Positions 53,641 to 64,000 of a stretch of 64,000 bases of DNA are shown piece after piece; the stretch's first letter is position 1; every line of letters starts with the position of its first letter. A model generated the notes under the pieces. The model saw only the letters and a list, made by a program, of their open reading frames with translations, made no database searches and was not told the origin of the DNA. Position numbers and translations under genes: made by a program. The DNA comes from Octopus vulgaris (taxonomy: Eukaryota): the NCBI GenBank assembly GCA_951406725.2, contig OX597819.1:51150001-51214000 (forward strand), read 5' to 3'.

Positions 53641-54744
53641 TGATTGATTGATTGACTGATAGACAGAAACTGAAAAATTGGTCATATATATCGTGTAAAA
53701 ACCCAAATTTGGTAAAGAAATTAAAACACACGCACAAAAAAGAGCTAATGAAATAGGTCGGTCCAATAGCATTATGTGAATTCTGCTGTGAAACACAGCC
53801 TGTTCCTACGTTATAAATCGCTGACGTCTGAGACGGCTCACAAAGAAGTAAGTTTACCACGTTACTGTTATAGTCTTATCGAGCTGTGCGAAACACAATC
53901 ATACGTCAAACATTTCCGTGTGCAGCACACATACCCTTGCAAACCGCTATTGTTCTCCAAAGTATGCGTGCTTCCTTACCATGGCGAGAAGACTTGAAAA
54001 TATAGCATATGCAAGGAATCATTACAGCATGATTCCTTGGAAAAATTTTTCCGAATGGTTACAACTTCTGTCAGTCTGTTGTAAACATTATTACGTTCTT
54101 AAGAATCAATTCCTGCTTACATATCAAATTATAATGGGATTTTCTACAATGTTGAATATTTATAGCGTTAATAGTAGTAAACTCACCTTAATAAAGAATA
54201 TGTTGCTGTAAGATCTGTATGTGAATAGCGTGATAAACCAACATGACATTGACAATAGCTCAGTAGGCTGGTAAATATATAATCTTTATACAAGGAGGCA
54301 ACGAGGGAGCCTTTATCTGACCGTACAACCTGTTAGAAATAGGAGCCAAATTTTCCTTAAATCACATCCTGTCATCAGTTGCAAATAAGACACATTTGAT
54401 AATGCAGTTCTGGGTACACTAAGCTTAAAAAGCAATACTGGTTACTCCAACTTGAAACGCCTTTGATAATAGCTGTCCCAATTAGCGTTAAACAAAAACG
54501 ACAGACAACAGTTACATAACAGTATGTATGTGGGTGTGTGGATGTCTGTAGTGCCTTCAAATTTTTCTACTTAAAACGGTATTCGAATCTAATATCTACA
54601 TGTTATTCATTATAGCTTTACACGTATGCTTCGAGATATTCCAAAACAGAATTAGTTCCAAAACAGAATTAGTTCACTTTCTCTCACTCGAAAGTTTATA
54701 AATTCTGATGTCGTCGGCAGTGGCTGTGTGGTAAGTAGCTTGAT

Positions 54745-56378
54745 ATTTGTAAACTATTGTTTTGAACTTTTTACTTTTTAATTTAAAACATGGCAAAAAA
54801 TACGGATAAGATTGTAGAGTAGGAGATTGTCTCACCTAAGGAGTGGCTCAGACAACAAGAGGAGAGGACGGTGGTGTTGAGAACTTATTCAAAGGCTCTC
54901 GACACCATTGCCGTCTTTTCCAAGCAGCTGATAGAGCAGTAGTTGGCGGAACATCTGCCAACCATTAAGTATATCTCTAGGGGTGTCAAATATGCAACGG
55001 TGTGGTTGCTATTTGACACCCCAGAGGAGGCTCGCAGTTTTGCGATCAAGCCCTTTGAGGGTAGAGAAATTTTGTTTCTTCCCACTTATTGTGGGAAAAA
55101 ATTGACGAGGGCTTGGGTCTGTGGTTTGCTACCCGGAATTGAACCCGAGTGGATAGAGGATACTATTCGCCGTGGTCTGGGTGGCAGCGGAGCTAGGATC
55201 CTCATTGTGAAAATTCTTCCTGCGGCTGATTGGGTTGAGTCAAAAGCTGTTTTGACCCCGTGGACCCAATCAGCCATGAATCTGGTTATGTCAGATTTTT
55301 TTAAATGGCCGGGTGCAAGTACCCGGTGATTCTTGATGGTCCCCCCCCCCCAGGTGTCATCGGTGCCTGGAGCCTGGCCATTCAAAGAAAAACTGTCCTC
55401 AGGAACAAAGCAAAGTCCTGGAGCAGTTGATTGAGACCTCTGTAGAAGGAACGAAGGCGGTCGAGGAGGCGAAGGAGTCCCCAAAGAAGGGCCGCAAGAG
55501 GAAGATGAGCAACAATGGCTGCTTACTGAAGGATAATAGGGATGAGGGAAGGGAGGCGAATCTCCCGGCCACGGAGGAGACGCAGTCTCCCTCAGTTGAG
55601 AAGAAAAAAAGAGGAAGAGGAAGAGCAGTCGGTGACATAGCACCGGAATGTCCCGGAACCTTGCCGGTAGGGGTTGTACAACCGGCAGGGGAAGAGAAAC
55701 TGTTGGGAGGAATTATGCTGCCAACAGTAGAATTGACTACCTCGAACCTGGAGGAAGACGAACTATAGGTCTTCTTCTACAGAGGCGGAGGGGTAGAAAA
55801 GGTGGTGGAAAAACACCATAAGGTAGTACCTTTAATCTTCACACAGGTTCCCGAATGGCCTCCGCAGATAGCTGTGGAGGTCATAACGTTGCCCGTGACG
55901 TATAGGCTGCAGGGAATCAACGAGGAATATCGCTTGTGGCCGGGCGACGCCGACTCGGATCCCGCCTTGGACTTGAATGAGGCGTGGGTGATGGCGGAGT
56001 ATACGGGCACCAGCGATGTTGGGGAGGAATAGTGACAAGAGATTGAAAAGTCTCAGTGTTATAATGTTTATTGTATAATGTTTAATGTTCATTATATGTT
56101 ATTGTATTTAAGAGATTTAACGCCCCAATTTTTAAATGAACTATTAAGTCCAATAGTTGAAAAACTGAAGTAAGAGGTTCAATACCTCGTTTTGTCATTT
56201 TTCTTTGAAAAAATAAAAAAAGAGAAGAGAATAATGTTTTAGAGAATCAAAAAGCCGGCGGGCATCTTTTGTCTTCTCCCATTAATATCATCCTTTTTTC
56301 ATCATTCACCTCATTAATGTTTTTGTCCAGCCCGCAAGCTACTCTGTGTCATGCCTTTATGGCAAAATTTTTGAAATA
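54745..56378 (+). mobile_element. 1.63 kb ORF1-only L1/Tx1-like non-autonomous retroelement inserted in a SINE-A head, 12 bp TSD
   Basis: TSD AAGTAGCTTGAT at 54733-54744 and 56379-56390. The SINE head GTGGCTGTGTGGT lies on the left and TGCCAACCGCATGG on the right. Ends in AATAAA. No EN or RT motifs inside. Confidence 0.8.
54790..56032 (+). pseudogene. gag/ORF1-like protein: RRM-like region + CCHC zinc knuckle + charged tail
   Basis: ATG 54790 is in frame with ORF 54943-55329 (two TAG stops). CHRCLEPGHSKKNC (C-x2-C-x4-H-x4-C) at 55355-55396 is in frame with ORF 55427-55768. The RRM assignment is by pattern only. Confidence 0.72.
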
Positions 56379-56530
56379 AAGTAGCTTGATTGCCAACCGC
56401 ATGGTGCCATGCAGTGGGACGGAACTCGGAACCATGTGGTTCGTATTTTACTATATATACTTAAGTATATGCACATACATATAAATATATATATGTACAT
56501 GCATATAAGCATGCATTAATGCATACATGC

Positions 56531-56573
<43 letters not shown>

Positions 56574-57919
56574 TACACAATATGTGCGCGCGCGCGTGTA
56601 TTGCAAAATTACATTATTATATTATTTTAGAAATAACTTTAAAATTCCATGAATGATTTAATATAAGAAATCGAAGGTGCATACATATTCAAGCTAAAAC
56701 CTAAGTAATTCCGAACATTACTTGTTTTGTTTTATTTTGTTTTGGCTATTTAGCTTTATTTATTTGGCTTTTTTTTCTTCTTCTTCTTCTTCTTCTTCTT
56801 CTTTTTCAACAGTTTACTTCTAGCAGCAGAACTGGATGTCTGAACTACATGCTCCATTATCTGGCAGCCTGCCACTGAGCCGTGCAGTACTCTTCTGATT
56901 AAGTTATTATCGTTGTCTCGAATTGAAAAATTTCCCATTAGTGAAGCGTAAATCTCTTTCGCTAACCAATTCTGAGAAACCAGATGTGATCTCAAGTGAG
57001 TTTAACCTGAAATTCGTGACCAATAGCTGGCGCCAGCATCGCTGCAACAGTCTCTATCATTCCTATCTGCATCATTTAAGGTTATGTAATTGTGTCTGTT
57101 CGTTTCAGTTGCGGTTGTGTCAAAACTGCAATTTGATGAATTAAGAAGTAAATAAATATAGTAATCTTCAGAGTTTCAGCGTTATGTGTATTTCTAACTA
57201 TAAACGACATTTGCCTCTGATGCGTGATAATAGACTATACCGTCATTTTGATTTCTTCAGAGTCTATCGCGTATAAAATGCTGATATGTAACGTAATTCG
57301 CTTATTTATTATATGAATATATATAAGGTTTATGCAAATTACATTTAAGAATAGAAGTTAAAGAAACATTAAAATATTTAAAGTTGCATTATGAAATGAA
57401 AAGAAAATAACACGCACGCTGTTATTAATGTGATGTCATTGATTATCATTAAGATCATTATTAGTTTCGAAATAGTAAAATATATGCAAATACAAAGACA
57501 TTTGCTGTCAAATCAATTTTCAGCTTCACTAACATATTTTCCCTTTACGGCTTTCATTCCCTGACCCGGTTTTGCCTTTCTCCTAAAAGTAGGAAAAGAA
57601 ATAGCCCTTTTGTTACCTTCCATAATTCGGTAACAAACAGCAAAATTCTATAAATATACAATTGATCACTTTCATCATTCAGGTGTTGGTAAATAATTAT
57701 TATTTCAGGAATGGGGTCGATTTAATCAGCTATGGCCTTCATCAAAACTTACGGAATTGTGCCCAAGTTAGAAATTTTAATTTGTGGTTTGCCAGCATTG
57801 CACCATCTTGAATCCTTTTAAAATTTCTTACAATGTCCAACAGTAATGACACAATAGAGACCTTCACATCATTTAAACCTCATTCTTTTTCAACGCTGAA
57901 TAGTTCTGGGTAAGAAGCA

Positions 57920-58745
57920 GAGTACATCAGAACAATTTTCCACATTTAAGTCTACTCTAGGGCAAATTACCAATCTTTCGTTAATTATGGAACAATTTAT
58001 CACTCTTTAGTCAGTTATAGAAATGCATTCAGAAATGAGAAGGTTACTTGTCTAAATTGTTTGCCTGTGACATACATTCCGTTCGTTCTCTGTCCTTAGT
58101 TAGCTTCATTTGCCTTTAATATCCTAGGAAATTAATACTACCTTCAGATAATGTGTTCAAAGTGTTTGGATGGCGCCTTCAACGGCTACTGCCTTCCCAC
58201 AATCAGTGTCATCTGTCGTTAGTATGCCGATAGGGCAATCATGTCTTGAATGCAGAAGCAGAAGCAAGGTCGTGAAGTTGGATGTTGTGTGGGAAACAAC
58301 ACATACCAGACAGATTGAAGGAGTCTGTCCAAGAAAAGATAAGCGAGTGCTTAAGAGTAAAGGATCGGTCAAGCCAGACTATCTCGGCAGTTAGATGGAC
58401 TTCGTCGTTGATTTCCAAAGTTCATCTAGCCTCTGAGGCCTAACTGTATATATTATATCGGACAAAACTTCGAGGTCTATTAGCCTTCCCATGGAAATCT
58501 GCAACCACGAGTAGACGAATACTAGAGATGACCTTCACGTACAGCATCAAGTAGATAATGGGGAAAAGAAATTTAAGTGTGTGCCGTATATGCAAATCGT
58601 GTAGCTATATTAGCAGACACATTCCATTATCTGATACTAATGTATTTCTATAACTGGCTAAAGAGTGATAACTAAAACTTATGACCAACATCTAAGCGGT
58701 CCTTAAAGTGGGGAAAACTATAAGTTTTAGTACATCACCGTTATC
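57920..58745. repeat. degenerate inverted repeats bounding about 0.8 kb (possible old TIR element)
   Basis: TTATCACTCTTTAGTCAGTTATAGAAATGCAT (57997) versus ATGTATTTCTATAACTGGCTAAAGAGTGATAA (58640-58671). Weaker outer match TTTTCCACATTTAAG / CTTAAAGTGGGGAAAA. Confidence 0.6.
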
Positions 58746-59189
58746 ATTGTAAACTCGGGTGAGTCACGAACACAAGCATTTCCTGTGTTCCATATATTTT
58801 TCAGGTTGCTATTATTTCTCTCTGCCCTCATATTTAAGAGGAACAATTTGTTTTGTTAGACTTGGTATGATTATGAAAACGCCACAGAGGCCTATGCACA
58901 TCTGACCAAATGTTCCTTTCATTTCCTGTATGTTGATGATGATTCTTTCAAAATGAAACTTCACTGACTGTCTGTTACTTTGTACGTAAAACCTGTCTGT
59001 CGGGATCTGTCAGAGAGACACGAAGGATTATTCTTAGTCAGAAGAGTCGATCAATGGAGAAACTTAAATGTAGGGCACTTCGCCGGAATATCTGACGCCT
59101 GTTGTATCAAGCATGAATTTAAGCAATTAGCAAAAGAACACAGCCAGTGGTTTTTACCCAACAAGATTTTCTCTGAATCAGCAGAGTGC

Positions 59190-59960
59190 TGATCAAATAT
59201 TGCTGTAAAGTAATCCTTCCCCAAATACAGCTGCCGAAACCAAATCTGTACTGCTTAACGCTTTGACACAATCATGCACAACAGTCATCAAAACCAAGGA
59301 CCTGTGTGCTGAAACAAAACTCCTTTTGTCAGTTTTTCTGGGTGTTTGGTCTTGATAGCCTTTTATAACTACATCAGCAAATTGGCATGGTATTCCCCAT
59401 TGATAGCGTGGCACTTTTGAATACAGTCAATAAACACAATGTTTTGGGCATCTCAAACAACATGGTTCATCACCTTCCTCGCAGATAAAACGAACTTGGC
59501 CTTCTTTGGAGCAGGTAAGGCTGTTTGATTTCTAGTCCATCGCTTGTTATCCATCACCTTGTGGTGAACACGATCAATGTTTTTCTCAGTGATGGCAGCT
59601 GCAGGATGTCCAAACTTTTGGTAATCTTCCTCCTCCTAAATTCAGCTGCCAAACTTTGCACATCTGAGAAAGCTGGGGCGTCATCCCTTAATGTAACAAC
59701 CACGTCAGCATGAATATCCTTGGAGGCTAAACTCTTTTCTGTAGATACATCAAAACACCACGATGCCAAAATTCGTTCATTTTCAAGAGAACTCACAACT
59801 TGTTACATCTGAAGTCTTCTTTGAATAGTCAGGTGTCAGTTTAGCTGGAAAGAAACAATACAGCAATTAATAAGGGCTGAAATTAACGCATGCAAGACTT
59901 CACAGCTCTAGCCTCGCTCCTTCATACTCAGCCTATGAACTTTTCAGCCGACATCCGTGT
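59190..59960 (-). mobile_element. mariner transposase relic with 5' TIR
   Basis: Minus-strand translation SKDIHADVVVTLRDDAPAFSDVQSLAAEFRR, PAPKKAK, IVFIDC..INGEYHANLL..AIKTKHPEKLTKGVLF. TIR-like GGCTGAAAAGTTCATAGGCTGA. Confidence 0.85.
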
Positions 59961-60182
59961 ATCTCTCTCAAAATGCTTGCAGCCTATCAATAACTTCCTT
60001 GTTATTACCAGCATTGTTATTCTTATTATTTATTTTAGGAACAATAACAAGTTTTGTGTTTGTGAAATTAGACACTAAAACATTTATGTACAACTGTGTT
60101 TCGTGTGTGTGTGAGTATGAACATATATGTGTATGGGGAGGGGGGAGATGGGGTGTATACACATATATATGTATATCCATTC

Positions 60183-60281
<99 letters not shown>

Positions 60282-60527
60282 TGTATGTATGCATTAATGT
60301 ATATATGTACGCCTTCATGTACGTATTAGCAATAGTGAAGATGATTCGCTAGCACGGATAATTTCTATATTTTATCTTATTTTCAACGAAAGAATGAAAT
60401 AAGAATGGAAGAAAGAATCACAATTCATTAAAATAATCATAAAAAGCATAAGAAAAAAACACCAACAATCAGCAAGTAACAAAAAATTACTGAATAATCA
60501 AATTTTTTAAAATACGCATATATACAT

Positions 60528-60611
<84 letters not shown>

Positions 60612-61465
60612 AGAAAAACAGCAGGAAGGAAAGCAGAAAAGAAGAGACAAAAACAAGAGTAAATTAGATGAAAAATGTTGAACTATGTGATATCATATTT
60701 AACAGACAGCGGCAGTAAACAGTGGAGATAAATGCAGTTCGTTTATAGATTTATTTTGCTAATAAAATCAGCAGCATAAAGTTTATAGAGCCAAAAAGTG
60801 AAGCGAATAAAGCGTGATTAAAGATACAAATTAGGTTTTTGTGGTCATGTAATAACAAACGGAAGAATAGCGAGAGTTTGGCGCCATTTCCCTTCTCTCT
60901 GAAAATATAATTCGATATTTCAGTAACCTATTATTTCAGACCAGGGAAGACTGAAGAGCGGTGAGAATACAGAGAATATACACTCGTATGTATATATGCA
61001 TGTGTTATGTATGTATGTATGTATGTATGTATGTATGTATGTATGTATGTATGTATGTATGTATGCATGTATGTATGTATGTATGTATGTATGTATGTAT
61101 GTATGTATGTATGTTTGTGTGCATGTATTGTATGTATATGTGTATGTGTAAACAAGTATATGGATATGTGCATATATGTGTATGTATATATTGATATATG
61201 TTGTATGTGTGTGCGCGTGTGTGTGTACAATTATATACGTTTGTTAAAGTACATGATAGTATGTAAAATGATGTGGATATACATCAGTGCGTGCATGTGT
61301 ATGTGTTTGTGTATGGAGAAGTATGGATGGCTGGGTGTGTAAATCTCTCCGGCAAAATTTAGATATTCTTAAGTCAAAAAGCTTACTACTTTGGATAATA
61401 TAAAACAACTCCCCTCTCAAACAAGCGTGCGCTGGAAGTATAGTGTATGCATACGTACGTACCCG

Positions 61466-61616
<151 letters not shown>

Positions 61617-61649
61617 ATGTGTGTGTGTATGTATATATAAATATATATA

Positions 61650-62005
61650 TATATGATGAAAAACAAAACCCGTCAAAGGGCGGAGGTACTCTTGAGAGTC
61701 AACGGCCATCCAATAAATGTCTTAAGGATGTATCATGTGCGGGGACATAGAAATAATCGGACTGATCGCGCGGTTAAACCATTGGGAGTGAAGGACTCCT
61801 AGCCTTTGTTAGGGCATCCTAACTGGGATAACTCCGACATAAAACCTGCGGGCCAGTGGTTACCGATGATGTTGACTTGTTCTTCTTTTCGGATTATGGC
61901 TGCTGTTGCTTAGTGAGTGGGATTTTCATGCACAGGCATTGCACGATAACAACATTGATTAAGCTTCGTTCTATGGCCATACTCGATAACGAGGGGGCAG
62001 CCACC
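61650..62005 (+). mobile_element. unclassified GC-richer interspersed repeat, possibly RTE 5'UTR-derived
   Basis: About 350 bp complex block embedded in (TA)n, no ORF. The family assignment is an impression only. Confidence 0.3.
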
Positions 62006-62019
62006 ATATATATATATAT

Positions 62020-62294
62020 AAAATAAGAAAATGGAGGAATAGATTTCTATCAATCATCAACTACTAGATAATACCAGTTCATATAATTTATTAACTAATT
62101 ATTTAGGAACATCCAGTTCAAACAGAATAATACAGAATAAAACAGTACGCATCAATGAGTAAGATAATACCATAAGAACAATACATATAAATATAAAATG
62201 GATCTTACAGCTGTTTCAGCCTGTAGATAAAAGTATCTCATTATGCTCATATTAGTCAAATGTATTAAGGTAATATGCGGTTATAAATGAGTTA

Positions 62295-62328
<34 letters not shown>

Positions 62329-62594
62329 AAGGCCTCGTCAGAGATTATAAAGTACAATTATAGAGGTATAAAATGAAGATATAAAGTGCAAATATGAATA
62401 TTAGAGAAGGTACACATATACAAGAATAAGTATATATACATATATACAAATATATATAAGTGTATATACACCTGCATATACATATATATAAGTATATACA
62501 TAATAATATACATACACATAAGGTTACAGATAATCATATGTATATGTTTATGTATGTATTATATATATACATATGGACATTCTGAATGTCTATA

Positions 62595-62653
<59 letters not shown>

Positions 62654-63112
62654 TATACATACAAATATGCATGCACATTGAAGTGTAGGTAGGTATATGT
62701 ATTTATGTATATTTATGTATATGTATGTATATGTATAAGTATTATATGTGTGTGTATTTATATTTATAACTTATGTACTTTCTAAAATCTGTGACGAAGA
62801 CTAGAGAAACACACAAGTACCTCAATTTCATCTACTAATTACTTCAGTCTACTGCAGGGATAAATGTAGAATGAGGTATTTTTACCTCTTCGCTGAAACA
62901 GATGTAAGATATTATCCCGATTTCTATTCCTGTATGCTATATATTTTAATAATTACTGATATCTTTATATATTATATATGTAAAGCATAATATGTTATAC
63001 ATGTATGTATATTGTTACAATTGTCCTTTTAGTAAATAAATATATAAATTAACATAATATAAAGTCTAAAAGTTCATGAAAACCACCTATTGATCCCTCC
63101 ATTTTCTTTTTG

Positions 63113-63115
<3 letters not shown>
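62020..63115. mobile_element. head-to-head pair of diverged hammerhead-bearing short elements (- 62020-62360; + 62775-63115)
   Basis: Both arms have GTACTTT.TAA(A)ATCT before the core, AATGAG.TA.TTTTA.CT in loop II, GAAACAG.TGTAAGAT, and end in CCTCCATTTTCTT. Confidence 0.7.
62202..62345 (-). ncRNA. type I hammerhead motif with 107 nt loop II
   Basis: Reverse complement: ATCT-CTGACGA-GGCCT-[107 nt including (TA)n]-AGGCT-GAAA-CAGCTG-TA-AGAT. All core nucleotides are present; cleavage triplet GUA. Confidence 0.75.
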
Positions 63116-63188
<73 letters not shown>

Positions 63189-63189
63189 A

Positions 63190-63236
<47 letters not shown>

Positions 63237-63552
63237 CTATATGTATATGTAAATATACATATGTATATACACACATGTATGTATATTTATATATTTATAC
63301 ATATATATACACACACCCATATATGTATATACATACATTACAATACGTATATAAATATGTTGAGTGACAGAGAACAATCAAAATCATCAGTGAAATACGC
63401 AACAGTGCTTACCCCACTCGCTGAAACCGATATAAATATGCATACATACTTGTGTATATGCGTGTGTATATCGATAGGTATAGTTATAAATGTATGTGTA
63501 TGCTCATACACATACGTACATACACACACACACACACATATATATACCTATG

Positions 63553-63583
<31 letters not shown>

Positions 63584-64000
63584 ATGTGTGTGCGCACGTG
63601 TGTGTTCGTGTGTGTGTATGTGTATTGCTATTAATTGTACTGGAGCCATTCTAAGTTTAGCTTCATTAAGTTCTATTCTTCGTTTCTCTCTTTCAACTAA
63701 TATCATCTTACAACAACCGTATCATCACTACAATATCTCGTCATATCTTTTCTATTCTGCCTCACCTGAATATTATCACGTAAGTTGAATGGCAAATGTA
63801 GTTAGTAGAGAAAGGAAGACTTTTATCAAGTGTAAAAACACCACTAATTCGATATCTTATTTCAATGATGTTAGGTAAAAATTAGGTAGATGTATTGGTA
63901 GATGTTAAAATAGATACTAATAGATAGACACATACTTACACAGATGCCTTAACAAACACATATAAGTATATGCATATAAATGTATGCATATATATATATA

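Overview
Eukaryotic, AT-rich window dominated by microsatellites and transposable elements. The SINE families and the extreme (TA)n/(CA)n/(GATA)n load resemble an octopus (coleoid cephalopod) genome; this is an inference. No host protein-coding gene is supportable, and most ORFs in the track are translated simple repeats. Supportable content: (1) a near full-length, decayed CR1-group LINE (about 7796-11970) whose ORF1 carries a Myb/SANT-like domain and a CCCH finger; (2) fragments of R4/Dong-type RLE, RTE and Penelope-like (GIY-YIG) retroelements; (3) Tc1 and mariner relics, a pogo/Tigger-type MITE and a non-autonomous Helitron; (4) at least five tRNA-derived SINE families. The most interesting signals are: (a) an ORF1-only L1/Tx1-like element found twice at the same nucleotide of the dominant SINE's tRNA head, suggesting a SINE-targeting retroelement; (b) about ten minimal hammerhead-ribozyme motifs from several short repeat families, mostly in inverted configurations, including a tRNA-headed SINE that carries a hammerhead; (c) a LINE/SINE shared 3' tail with a covarying stem-loop. 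All alignments and folds were done by eye and boundaries are approximate.
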